A DNA stretch of 42,378 nt from a virus (Duplodnaviria; Caudoviricetes). The position numbers and the translations under genes are program-made. Under the pieces are notes generated by a model. It was not told where the DNA came from. It searched no databases and saw nothing but the letters and a program-made list of their open reading frames with translations. Shown here in pieces: positions 28,658 to 37,756 of this stretch. How positions within the stretch are numbered: position 1 is the first letter of the stretch; each line of letters starts with the position of its first letter. The stretch lies in IMG/VR virus record IMGVR_UViG_3300023179_000204, positions 1 through 42,378 of that record; one strand, written 5' to 3'.

Positions 28658-28924
28658 TTACTTATCTAAGTAATCTTTAATGTCTTTTATCAATTTATTT
28701 CTTTTCCTTCGTTCTAAGACTGTTATTAATGTAGCTAAACTAATAGGAAAGAATATCCTTAAAAAGAATTGCATATGATCTTCTTTTGTTAATAGATCAA
28801 AATAATTAATATAAAGATCGCTCATGCCCCAAAGAGTAAAAAGCATTGCTGGCGTAAAGACTATAAAAAAAAACTTATTATAATAAGCTAAATCATTCCA
28901 CCAATTTAATATTTTACTAAACAT
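28658..28924 (-). CDS. Small 2-TM membrane protein
   Basis: Two hydrophobic segments and a basic C-terminal tail. Confidence 0.7.
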   Translation of the reverse strand: MFSKILNWWNDLAYYNKFFFIVFTPAMLFTLWGMSDLYINYFDLLTKEDHMQFFLRIFFPISLATLITVLERRKRNKLIKDIKDYLDK

Positions 28925-28935
28925 AACATAAGTCT

Positions 28936-28940
28936 TACAC
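28936..28940 (-). promoter_or_regulatory. GTGTA putative late promoter element
   Basis: GTGTA-N11-ATG of gene 28658-28924. Confidence 0.7.
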
Positions 28941-29266
28941 TAATATGGGGTAGCTAATGGAGGATTAAAATTACTCATAACTGGAGGAATTTGATTATCT
29001 ATATTAGACTGCTCTGTACCGCTTGCTGTGTCTACTGGTTCTATTTCTGCGTCTAAAACTGCATCAAGATTTATTTCTTTATCATTTATATCAAATGTTG
29101 TAGTTTTATTGTTCATTTCAATTATGATTGGATTAGAATGACCTGTTATATTTAAAAGAATTTCGCCTTTGTTATTTCTTTTTAAAGATATTTTAATTTG
29201 ATTTTCTGTATGACAATAAGTGGTTAAAGCTATTGCCGCTAATATAATTAGTAATATTTTTTTCAT
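28940..29266 (-). CDS. Small secreted protein
   Basis: MKKILLIILAAIALTTYC signal peptide; Pro-rich C-terminus; ATGA coupling to the upstream gene. Confidence 0.7.
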   Translation of the reverse strand: MKKILLIILAAIALTTYCHTENQIKISLKRNNKGEILLNITGHSNPIIIEMNNKTTTFDINDKEINLDAVLDAEIEPVDTASGTEQSNIDNQIPPVMSNFNPPLATPY

Positions 29267-29502
29267 TTTTGGACTTCTCCCGCAGCAGTTTCAATATCTA
29301 ATCTATTTGTTGTCTCTTTAATAGCTATTGACCCTAACAATGTAACAATCAATAATAATACTAGCGCTAAAGAATAATATGTTTTTTCTTCTGCTTTCTT
29401 TTTAGCTCTATATTGATGAAAGTTATGTATAAACTTTTCTGTTTGCTCAGAAGTGGGAATATAATAATTTTCTTTTAATAAGGTTTTCAATCTATTATCC
29501 AT
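29263..29502 (-). CDS. Single-pass membrane protein with anti-sigma-like topology
   Basis: About 40-aa helical N-terminus, basic patch, one TM helix; overlaps the PEP-CTERM gene stop. Confidence 0.6.
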   Translation of the reverse strand: MDNRLKTLLKENYYIPTSEQTEKFIHNFHQYRAKKKAEEKTYYSLALVLLLIVTLLGSIAIKETTNRLDIETAAGEVQK

Positions 29503-31423
29503 TTCTTCTTAATCCTCTAGATGCAATTAAAGCAACTGCTCCAATCAAAAGTAAGTTAAATGTATTTGGTTCAGGAACTATATTGACTGTTGAAATATAT
29601 CCTAATGTAGAATCAGACAACGTAGTTTGACTTGTATTCACTGAATAAGAAACATCTTGACTACTAGTTCTAGTTAAGAATTCGTTGTATGTTTCATATG
29701 TTAAACCGTTAAAAACTAACGTTCCAAATCCACTTTGAAAATACATGTTGTACGTTGCATTTGCTATATCAGTATTAAAATCATTCACGTTAAAAAATCC
29801 AGCTTGAAATGTAGAATTTAATCCATTAAGTAAATTATTATACATTAAATTATATGCTGTTGAATTTAAATATAAGTTAACAATATTTGCAGACGTTAAT
29901 GCTACTGTAAATGGTGGAGTATTTGTTATTTTCAATACATCATTATTATAAGATGTACCATTATGCAATAAGTTGCTAGTTATCTCAAATGCAAAACTCA
30001 TGCCTGCGCTTGGGTCTACTGCTCCTACGGTTAATAATCCTGGACTATTACCTGGACTTACAATAGTATCACCGCCAATAGTTCCAGCAATAATTCCATT
30101 TCCATTTAATGTTGTTCCTGTGTTGTTTGCGCTTAAAGAAGTACCTTTATATACATATACATTTCCTGTGCCAAAAGCAGATCCATTGGTATTGTTCACA
30201 CTAATATTCCAGCCTGTTCCACTAGAATTAAAATATGTATTACCAGAATATGTACTAGTACCATTAAATGACATTGTTCTGCCTCCTACAGAACTTGAAC
30301 TATTTGTAAAAACTATTCCTCCATTTGCAAATCCTCCATAAATCGTAGTAGAGTTATCTACTTTAATAGTTCTAGTAACTCCATTTAAATCAATATTTCC
30401 TCCAAGAATGTTTGCCCAACTTAATCCTCCAATAGTAACATCCCCATTTAATAAAATATTATTGTTAATCATTCTTACTGCATCACTATTATCACCTATG
30501 CTTTGACTCTGACCTAGTGTTGCACCTTGATTGAGTACAAGTCTTGCAGTGCCAAATGCATTTTTATTAGCATACCCTAATTGCCCATACACATTAATAT
30601 CACCTGTAACGGTATTGCTTCCTCTTAATTCTACAAGGCCTGTATTACCGCTTTCATTAATAGATAGTGCACCATCTGCAGATGAAGTAATATCACCGGT
30701 AACAATTAATGCTCTGCTCGTAGATGACCCTGTGCCAAGAATAAGCCTAGATCCATTATTAATGATAATATTTCCATTAATTCTATTGGTAGTAGAAGAA
30801 TCAGTTACAGATACTACTGCATATCCTGTGCCTGTAGTAGCTACAGTCATAGGTACATTGATAACTGTTGCTATAGCATTAGAAGCTAAACCTATCCTTG
30901 AGTTAATACCGGTAGAAGCGTCTGTACTACCCACAATAGTTAATAACGAACCTGCCCCGCCATTTATAGGTCCAGTTACTCCTAGAGTTGCACCAGATGA
31001 TCCCCAGTTTAAATTTACACTCGCTCCAAGTGTTATTCCGTTTGTGGTTCTGATATACCTATTTTGTGAAGAGTTAGTACCGTTATTCCAAAATGTATAA
31101 CCACTAGAGTTTACTTGTACATTATTTGCGTATATAGTAGATGAACTTAGAGTTACTTGTCCTGCTGTGCCTTGAAATACTGCAACATTAGTAGGACCGG
31201 TGCCTGCACTTGTCCAACCGCCTGACGCAGTAGTGGAGGAGCCAGTTGAGTCTGTAGACCATGTTGTTCCTGTGGTGGTCCAATTTCCAGTCCCACCAAC
31301 CCCAGAAGTTGATCCATTAACATCCCAATATAATGTAGCAGCTTTAGCATTTGAGCATAAAAAAACCGCAATTAAACTTGCGGCTGTATTTTTTAGTAAC
31401 CTTTTTAATAGGTTTATTTTCAT
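29495..31423 (-). CDS. PEP-CTERM surface protein with autotransporter-passenger-like beta-strand repeats
   Basis: Signal peptide ending AKA-ATLYWD; G/T/S/N-rich beta-helix repeats (GSNTVTGD, TSTYSGNT, SPGNSPGLLTV); C-terminal VPEP-TM-RGLRR. Confidence 0.92.
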   Translation of the reverse strand: MKINLLKRLLKNTAASLIAVFLCSNAKAATLYWDVNGSTSGVGGTGNWTTTGTTWSTDSTGSSTTASGGWTSAGTGPTNVAVFQGTAGQVTLSSSTIYANNVQVNSSGYTFWNNGTNSSQNRYIRTTNGITLGASVNLNWGSSGATLGVTGPINGGAGSLLTIVGSTDASTGINSRIGLASNAIATVINVPMTVATTGTGYAVVSVTDSSTTNRINGNIIINNGSRLILGTGSSTSRALIVTGDITSSADGALSINESGNTGLVELRGSNTVTGDINVYGQLGYANKNAFGTARLVLNQGATLGQSQSIGDNSDAVRMINNNILLNGDVTIGGLSWANILGGNIDLNGVTRTIKVDNSTTIYGGFANGGIVFTNSSSSVGGRTMSFNGTSTYSGNTYFNSSGTGWNISVNNTNGSAFGTGNVYVYKGTSLSANNTGTTLNGNGIIAGTIGGDTIVSPGNSPGLLTVGAVDPSAGMSFAFEITSNLLHNGTSYNNDVLKITNTPPFTVALTSANIVNLYLNSTAYNLMYNNLLNGLNSTFQAGFFNVNDFNTDIANATYNMYFQSGFGTLVFNGLTYETYNEFLTRTSSQDVSYSVNTSQTTLSDSTLGYISTVNIVPEPNTFNLLLIGAVALIASRGLRRNG

Positions 31424-31429
31424 ATTTCC

Positions 31430-31963
31430 TTACTCCTTTTTGAGTTCATCTAAATGAATAGACACCTCGGGTTTAGTTTCGTTCATTCTTTTTTCTTTTA
31501 ATCTTTGCACATATATCCAATCATCTGCAAAAAATCCTTCTTTAATTATTATACCATAAGTTTTTGTAATGTACAATTTTATTTTTTCTTGATATTCTGT
31601 TCTATTTCCTGCAGAGGCAATAGGCATCGTTCCCCAATTTGGATCATACATCCATAATGAATTACCATATTCAAATATTGTAACTGCATGACCGATGATC
31701 ATATCTGGATCATCTTTATAAGAATAAACAAAGCAATATATCGTATTCCAAACATCTGTATGAGTTTTAAGATAAAAATTACATTTAGAAGCCCAAATTA
31801 AAGAATCAACAAAACAAGAGTTTGGTATATTTGTTACAGACGTATAATATTTAAAATTAAATCCCCATTTAAAGAAAAACCACCAAGATAATATAACTGC
31901 AAATCCAACTAATATTAGTTTTAATTTACCAAACCATTTTTTAATTTTCTTTTTGATTTTCAA
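31430..31963 (-). CDS. Membrane-anchored transglutaminase/papain-like enzyme
   Basis: Basic N-terminus plus TM helix, then NSCFVDS (Cys), GHAVTIF (His) and WMYDPNWG (Asp). Confidence 0.65.
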   Translation of the reverse strand: MKIKKKIKKWFGKLKLILVGFAVILSWWFFFKWGFNFKYYTSVTNIPNSCFVDSLIWASKCNFYLKTHTDVWNTIYCFVYSYKDDPDMIIGHAVTIFEYGNSLWMYDPNWGTMPIASAGNRTEYQEKIKLYITKTYGIIIKEGFFADDWIYVQRLKEKRMNETKPEVSIHLDELKKE

Positions 31964-33014
31964 TCTTTTTAAGTTGAATTTCTGTCTTTCCTAATAGGTC
32001 GCCTTTTTTCCAAGTTGGTCCATCATTTGTACATTCGTAAACTACTCCATAACCCATATCTTCTGGAAGCTCTCTAATTTCTTTTACTGTACCTTCGCTG
32101 CCATAATGCTTGCACATGGCATTAATATTTCTAACTTTATCTCCTACATCAAACATGCAATGATGATCCATTGGTTGATGCATCATTTCTTGAGCTTGAG
32201 TTTCTTCTTTATTAAACATTGCATAATTATGAATTGTAATCATATAATCTTCAGCAAGAGCTGCCATTTGTTGTAAAAATGGTTCTGTCAAATTTTCTTT
32301 AACCGTTGGGTCTTCTAGTTTATTTAAAATATTTTGAGCATGCGCTTGGATTGAAGTAATTGAACCAACAATCATACCATAAAAATCTTCCTTATAATCT
32401 TTTAGTTCTTCTTCTGGGTCATCAATTTCTTCTACATCATTTAATTCTGCAATCATTAATTCTTTTTGTTCAAATTCTGTTTCGCCATCCCATTCATAAC
32501 TTCCATCAAAATATTCTGAAGCTTGAGCTTTTTTAAAAGCATCTTTTTCTGGATAATCTGGAGAGCCAGGTTTTGCGGGGCGATATTTTTTACCCATTCT
32601 TTTTTTCTTTTGTTGAATATTGTACCAAAGTCCTTTATTTTTAGCTTGAATATCTGCTTCTAATACAACTTCATTTTCAAAATCTTGAACTGAGCCACAA
32701 TTCGGTTTGCCACATGATCCTGTAATTTTACTTACTGGTTTGGCGCTCCACATTTTACAACTCCAATAATTTGCTTTCCATTTTGGGCCTGGATTATTGC
32801 AACCATGTCTGGATCTATAAGCTTTTCTACGAGCAGGGTTATCTCTTTTAATGGACATATTTGGATCGCCGAACTTAACCATTACAATATTACCTTTATC
32901 ATTTTTTACATAAACACCAAATTTCTTTTTGCTGCCAGAAGGAAGGCGAAAAGGTTTATTTAATGGTGCTTTATTTTTTTTTGCAACAATTTGCTTTGTG
33001 AAATCTAATTCCAT
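31941..33014 (-). CDS. Multi-module phage head protein
   Basis: Four modules: VKFGDP..RRKAYRSRH.C...YWSC; GLWYNIQ.KK; a helical hairpin; an SH3-like FDVGDKVRN domain. Confidence 0.65.
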   Translation of the reverse strand: MELDFTKQIVAKKNKAPLNKPFRLPSGSKKKFGVYVKNDKGNIVMVKFGDPNMSIKRDNPARRKAYRSRHGCNNPGPKWKANYWSCKMWSAKPVSKITGSCGKPNCGSVQDFENEVVLEADIQAKNKGLWYNIQQKKKRMGKKYRPAKPGSPDYPEKDAFKKAQASEYFDGSYEWDGETEFEQKELMIAELNDVEEIDDPEEELKDYKEDFYGMIVGSITSIQAHAQNILNKLEDPTVKENLTEPFLQQMAALAEDYMITIHNYAMFNKEETQAQEMMHQPMDHHCMFDVGDKVRNINAMCKHYGSEGTVKEIRELPEDMGYGVVYECTNDGPTWKKGDLLGKTEIQLKKIENQKEN

Positions 33015-33015
33015 A

Positions 33016-33651
33016 TTAAACTAAAGGTTCTTTTGGCGAAGATCTTTCCCAACATATGTATCTTGGGCTATTTACACCAGCTACACCACTAACACTTACA
33101 TTTCCATTATATCCTTGATCATTTAAACTTCCACCATCTCCGGCATCAGTAGAACTATTAGAAGCCAAAAGAAAATTAAAACTTGAATTATGTGCATCTA
33201 AACCATACTTTATATAAAGTGTTCCTGTTGATAAATTTTGTATATATAACTCTCTACGATATGGATTTGATGTTAAAACTAATCCATTTGATCCGCTAAC
33301 GGTATAATTATTTATTAAAGAGCTTTGTTCTTGAAATGTAGTAACTCCATCAAATTGTTGAGATAAATCGCCTTGATATACAATTGTCCCTTGGACTCCT
33401 GCCGGATATTGATCTCCCGTAATAAATAATTTTCCATCAATACTTTGAGTAGAACTTCTAACTCCGCTTAATATCGCGTTTGTGGTTACTGATCCTTGAT
33501 CAAATCCAGAAACAACTACGCCTTGTTTTAAAATATCTTCTACATTATCAATTTTTGAAAAATCAAATCCTCTGTATCCAGTAAATCCGGCTTCCTCTAC
33601 ATAAACCATTGATACATTTTTATTAAAATTTACATCTTGAATATTTGGCAT
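33016..33651 (-). CDS. Structural protein sharing its N-terminal domain with 33692-35311
   Basis: About 100-aa shared N-terminus; C-terminal NPYRRELYIQNLS beta-sandwich seen in phage virion proteins. Confidence 0.7.
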   Translation of the reverse strand: MPNIQDVNFNKNVSMVYVEEAGFTGYRGFDFSKIDNVEDILKQGVVVSGFDQGSVTTNAILSGVRSSTQSIDGKLFITGDQYPAGVQGTIVYQGDLSQQFDGVTTFQEQSSLINNYTVSGSNGLVLTSNPYRRELYIQNLSTGTLYIKYGLDAHNSSFNFLLASNSSTDAGDGGSLNDQGYNGNVSVSGVAGVNSPRYICWERSSPKEPLV

Positions 33652-33660
33652 AAATAATAT

Positions 33661-33665
33661 TACAC
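33661..33665 (-). promoter_or_regulatory. GTGTA putative late promoter element
   Basis: GTGTA-N9-ATG of gene 33016-33651. Confidence 0.75.
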
Positions 33666-33691
33666 CTTAAAAAATAAAAATATAATAAAAA

Positions 33692-35311
33692 CTATCTAGT
33701 TTCTCGCCATTGAATTCCACCGTAAACATTTGTTGTTGTATCTAATCCAGATATTGCAATTGCAAATATATTACTTTCTGTACTATCAATATTTTGACTA
33801 ATATAACCTCTTTTTGCTGAACTTATGCTTTGAAAATTATTTGATGCACCAGCTGAATTTCCAGCTGGTCCACCAGCACTAACATATCCTATATTAAGCA
33901 TTAATCCGCTAGTGGCTGTCATACTTGTAGCAGTTGTATTATATTCCACAACGCTTTCATTATTTGCGCTAATCCATGATCCACCGACTATATTAGCGTT
34001 TCCGGTTAATCTCCAAAATTCAAACTCGACAGGTTTTGTTGCTGAAAAAATTGATGATTGACCTAATCTAACGATACTTCTATTAGGTTTTCCATAATAT
34101 CCGGTTTTTAAACGAATAGCTATTAATGGTTTTCTTGCTGTATTATCTACAGATATTGGTGATGTTGTTGAGGCGCTAAAATCTACTCCAGCTTCATTAT
34201 ATCCACCTTCACTCATTACTGTGGCGCAAATTTGATCCATGCTATCTATTCCAACTGTTGTAGAATAATTTCTTATTTCACAACGAATTGGCAAATTTGG
34301 ATTACTCCAATATACTGATGATTTATTATTGCTATTATAAAATTCATGAGCTATTATTGAATTTCCATCATGCACAAATCCAGCCCTTACTCTTCCAACT
34401 CCTAACCATTGGAAATCTGACGTAAATAATTGAGTTTTTGTTGGATCTAAATTAAATTTAGAAATTCCGGTTCCTTTACAAGTATCTATATTCCAATTAT
34501 TTTGCCAAACAATATCGTCATATATATATCCAGAAACGTTATTTCTTAATACAATTCCTAAAGTTCCATCTCCACTTTGCATAAAAAATATGCCATTATA
34601 ATCATCAAAAAGTCCTATTCTTTTATTTGTTCCATTTCTATGCCCTGTAAAATTAAAACTTTGAAAAGTTAATTGACTTTTTCCTGGCATATAGTGATGA
34701 TACATTCTGCTTTGATGAATGGCAAAATCATTTTCTCCACCTCCAACCATTAGGATTGCTTTTGCTTTATTTATATCGAAAGTTATTTTTGAATTTGCTC
34801 CATTAGTTTTACTCAAAAGTTCTGTTTCTTCACCATAAACATGAGAATAATCTGCTAAAGTATATGGCTGAGAAATTCTTTGTCTGCCGAAAGCGTCTAT
34901 TTGGTATGTTTCTTTTCCAAAATTTTTTATATTTACATCTACGCCATTTAATAAATTTTCTTTAATCCCACTAATGTCCGCTCCCGCGTATCCCGCAATA
35001 TCTATATTATCAAATTGTGCAGATAAATCTGCTTGCATTACAATTGTCCCTTGAACTCCCGCGGGATATGGGTCGCCAGTTACAAATAATTTATGATCTA
35101 CACTCGTGGTATCACTTTTAATTCCACTTAGAATTAAATTGGTTGTTGTAAGAGCAACATCAAGTCCTGATACTGCTACCCCTTCTCTTAAAAGATCTTC
35201 GACATTATCTAACTTATTCCATTCTAAACCTTTGTATCCTGTAAATCCATATTCTTCTGTATATACCATCGAAACATTTTTATTAAAATTTGAATCGTGA
35301 ATATTACTCAT
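33692..35311 (-). CDS. Conserved phage virion protein (DAFGR...YxPGKS...QWLGVGRVR family)
   Basis: Family motifs present; N-terminus shared with the downstream gene. Confidence 0.7.
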   Translation of the reverse strand: MSNIHDSNFNKNVSMVYTEEYGFTGYKGLEWNKLDNVEDLLREGVAVSGLDVALTTTNLILSGIKSDTTSVDHKLFVTGDPYPAGVQGTIVMQADLSAQFDNIDIAGYAGADISGIKENLLNGVDVNIKNFGKETYQIDAFGRQRISQPYTLADYSHVYGEETELLSKTNGANSKITFDINKAKAILMVGGGENDFAIHQSRMYHHYMPGKSQLTFQSFNFTGHRNGTNKRIGLFDDYNGIFFMQSGDGTLGIVLRNNVSGYIYDDIVWQNNWNIDTCKGTGISKFNLDPTKTQLFTSDFQWLGVGRVRAGFVHDGNSIIAHEFYNSNNKSSVYWSNPNLPIRCEIRNYSTTVGIDSMDQICATVMSEGGYNEAGVDFSASTTSPISVDNTARKPLIAIRLKTGYYGKPNRSIVRLGQSSIFSATKPVEFEFWRLTGNANIVGGSWISANNESVVEYNTTATSMTATSGLMLNIGYVSAGGPAGNSAGASNNFQSISSAKRGYISQNIDSTESNIFAIAISGLDTTTNVYGGIQWRETR

Positions 35312-35316
35312 AAAAA

Positions 35317-35604
35317 TTAATTTGTATGATATATAATAGAAACTGGGCCATCACTTGAAACATATAAATCTTTGCCATCTCCAACTTTAACCGTAGCTGG
35401 TAAATTATAATTACCTGCTGCAATATTTAATATAATCGCTCCACTATCATTATCTTGTTTTAAAATTGTATCTTTATGACAGCTTACTCCAAGTAAATAT
35501 ATACTGCCATCATTTGGTGCATTTAAAATTACTCCATTACCAACTATATTCGCCGAAAGAGCTTCTGCTTCAAATCCGCTATCTCTAAAAAAATACTTTG
35601 ACAT
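35317..35604 (-). CDS. Small beta-rich hypothetical protein, probably structural
   Basis: 95-aa ORF headed by a GTGTA element. Confidence 0.65.
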   Translation of the reverse strand: MSKYFFRDSGFEAEALSANIVGNGVILNAPNDGSIYLLGVSCHKDTILKQDNDSGAIILNIAAGNYNLPATVKVGDGKDLYVSSDGPVSIIYHTN

Positions 35605-35614
35605 ATAAAGTTAT

Positions 35615-35619
35615 TACAC
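35615..35619 (-). promoter_or_regulatory. GTGTA putative late promoter element
   Basis: GTGTA-N10-ATG of gene 35317-35604. Confidence 0.75.
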
Positions 35620-35620
35620 T

Positions 35621-36352
35621 TTATTTTCTGGTATCTAATTCTTCAAATTTTTCAATTATATAAGCTAAAATATCATTACGCATAATATCATCTGTACCAA
35701 ATTTAAAAGTTATTATTCCTTTATCAAAGCTTTTTTTATCGTCAAAAAGATCATATATCTTTTCGAATCCGCTATTTTTAATATCGGATTGACGAATGTC
35801 CCCAATTAATATTAATTTACTAAATTTACCCATTCTAGTAGTAATTAATAAAAGATCATGTATACTTAAGTTTTGAGCTTCGTCACATATAATATAACTT
35901 GCATTTATACTTAAACCTCTAAGAAATCCTACAGGTAAACCTTTAACTCTTTCTTCTTTTAATAATCTTTCGACTTGATTTTTTGGCAATAATTCATGAA
36001 GTTTATCCATAAGAGGCTGAAGATATGGATCTAACTTGCTATGAAGATCACCTTTAAGAAAACCTAAATTATGCGTAGAACTTTCTACTGGATTACGTAT
36101 ATAAAAAATTTCACCTATTTTTTTATTATTTAAAGCCTGTAGCGCAGAATATACTGAAAGTAGACTTTTCGCTGTTCCTGCTGGGCCTTTACAAAAAACT
36201 ATTTTTGTATCTTTTGATTGAAGTAATTGTATAAACTTTTTTTGATTATCTGTCCATTGTAATTCACGAATATCCAAACCTCCTTCAATTTTATCTCTTT
36301 GAGGAACTACTGGCGATTTATCTTCTATCTTACGTTTATTTTTCTTAGACAT
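35621..36352 (-). CDS. phoH: PhoH-family ATPase
   Basis: GPAGTAKS, LGFLKG, FLRGLS, DEAQN, TRMG, GDIRQSD and DIMRN motifs. Confidence 0.93.
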   Translation of the reverse strand: MSKKNKRKIEDKSPVVPQRDKIEGGLDIRELQWTDNQKKFIQLLQSKDTKIVFCKGPAGTAKSLLSVYSALQALNNKKIGEIFYIRNPVESSTHNLGFLKGDLHSKLDPYLQPLMDKLHELLPKNQVERLLKEERVKGLPVGFLRGLSINASYIICDEAQNLSIHDLLLITTRMGKFSKLILIGDIRQSDIKNSGFEKIYDLFDDKKSFDKGIITFKFGTDDIMRNDILAYIIEKFEELDTRK

Positions 36353-36372
36353 TTCTAGCTTACTTATTTAAT

Positions 36373-36377
36373 TACAC
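36373..36377 (-). promoter_or_regulatory. GTGTA putative late promoter, leadered variant
   Basis: GTGTA-N20-ATG of phoH. Confidence 0.55.
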
Positions 36378-36422
36378 CCGTATTATATTAATTTAAATTA
36401 TTTTTAAATTTTTTATTAAAAT

Positions 36423-36716
36423 TTAAACGAGCGCGTAACCTTTTTTAAATTTTAAATTTAATTCAAATGGATTAACGGCTAAACCACGATCAAATCTTTT
36501 AATAAAATTTGTTCCCTCTTTTGGCATTGGAGCAATAAACATTTTATTATCCATTTTTAAAATAACTTGAGTTGGAAGAACAGAAACTTCTTCGATATTT
36601 TTTTTCATTTTATTTTTAATTGCACGGGCTATTGCGCAATTTTGTGGATTTGCTTTTTCTCCTTCGAGAATATTTTTATTTGTTATTTTTAATGTTCGAT
36701 TCATTCTTTTCTCCAT
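36423..36716 (-). CDS. Conserved phage hypothetical protein
   Basis: IT..NI..G......CAIARAI motif; true start may be the second Met at 36704. Confidence 0.65.
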   Translation of the reverse strand: MEKRMNRTLKITNKNILEGEKANPQNCAIARAIKNKMKKNIEEVSVLPTQVILKMDNKMFIAPMPKEGTNFIKRFDRGLAVNPFELNLKFKKGYALV

Positions 36717-37080
36717 TATGGTTTTTGTAAACTATTTCAAATGCTTTTGCTTTTGAATTTAATAGTTTAAAAGCTGCCTCAGATTCTTTACGAATATCTT
36801 CTTCGCTTATTATCCAAAATTTACATATTGCTTCTGGTTCAATTGGCCCCTGAATTAATTCACATCTTGGAGCATTACCTTCGAGATAGTAAAATACGCA
36901 ATTTTCGCAATCTATACCCTGCTCTTTAAATATATTATTTTCTGCGCTAAAATAATGAATTCCATTTGCTCCTACACCTCTATCAAAATATCCATAAGTT
37001 TGTAGATTAGTAATAATTTTAAGATAAAGATCTTTTTGTCTTTCGTTTAATTTTGGAAATATTAAACCTTCATCACTCAT
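36676..37080 (-). CDS. HiPIP-like (4Fe-4S) domain protein
   Basis: CENCVFY...C.LIQGPIEPEAICKFW matches the HiPIP Cys spacing; no Tat signal. Confidence 0.65.
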   Translation of the reverse strand: MSDEGLIFPKLNERQKDLYLKIITNLQTYGYFDRGVGANGIHYFSAENNIFKEQGIDCENCVFYYLEGNAPRCELIQGPIEPEAICKFWIISEEDIRKESEAAFKLLNSKAKAFEIVYKNHNGEKNESNIKNNK

Positions 37081-37714
37081 CAGTATTTATTACACCATAT
37101 TCATAATTATCGTTATCTTCGGTTATCCATTTAGGGCAATTTTCTACTGTCCATATATGCGTATTAACTTTACGTTCTATAACAGTTTGGCCTTGTTTTG
37201 TGACAAAATTAGGATCAAATACTCTTAATCTATTATTTGGCTGAATAGCAAAATTACCATTATCTAATTTTAATACATGCCCGCATTTATGCTGGTCTGG
37301 ATGTTCGCTAAATCCAAAATTAATTTCATTATAATCACTATGAGCCCAATCAAGAGTAAAAAGATAAGTTCCTAAATATTCTGTATTACTTCTAGATAAA
37401 AATTTCATTTTTTTATTTTCAAATAAATAAAATTTAGTTATTGAAATATGATAACTAAAACTATCCCATAGTTCTAATTCATGGAGATCTTGTTCTGCGG
37501 TTCCTTCTTTCGAGGCAAATGCACTAATTGGTGCATGCCACCAAATTCCTCCATCTTCCATCAAAAAATTAAAAAGAGGAACTTGTCCAGGGACACTAGA
37601 AACGCCAAATACAATACAAGGAAAAAATTTTCCATAATTATCTTTTTGATTTCTTAAATAATTACCTCTTACATAACATTCAATAGGCGGTATATTCGCA
37701 TTAAGAAAAGACAT
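37073..37714 (-). CDS. Conserved phage protein of unknown function
   Basis: LNANIPP...WDSFSY...YLFTLDW...HKCGH...GNFAIQPNNR motifs recurrent in aquatic phages. Confidence 0.75.
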   Translation of the reverse strand: MSFLNANIPPIECYVRGNYLRNQKDNYGKFFPCIVFGVSSVPGQVPLFNFLMEDGGIWWHAPISAFASKEGTAEQDLHELELWDSFSYHISITKFYLFENKKMKFLSRSNTEYLGTYLFTLDWAHSDYNEINFGFSEHPDQHKCGHVLKLDNGNFAIQPNNRLRVFDPNFVTKQGQTVIERKVNTHIWTVENCPKWITEDNDNYEYGVINTDE

Positions 37715-37729
37715 AATATATTATATATA

Positions 37730-37747
37730 TACACTAATTATGGTGTA
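37730..37747. promoter_or_regulatory. Back-to-back GTGTA elements (divergent late promoters)
   Basis: TACAC-taattatg-GTGTA; N15 to the minus-strand ATG at 37714 and N9 to the plus-strand ATG at 37757. Confidence 0.75.
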
Positions 37748-37756
37748 ATACAAGAT

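Noticed and set aside
29263-29502. Anti-sigma partner of the phage sigma factor
   Set aside because: Only the topology is suggestive; it is not adjacent to the sigma gene and has no ZAS motif.
29495-31423. PEP-CTERM gene as host DNA or a prophage boundary
   Set aside because: It is AT-rich, overlaps its downstream neighbour and is flanked on both sides by phage genes carrying the same GTGTA elements.
83-35300. Track ORFs at 83, 1514, 3393, 5917, 6310, 8306, 18671, 22884, 23326, 24178, 24922, 27145, 29973, 30531, 31153, 31200 and 35106
   Set aside because: Antisense or off-frame shadows of well-supported genes, with no motifs or expression signals.
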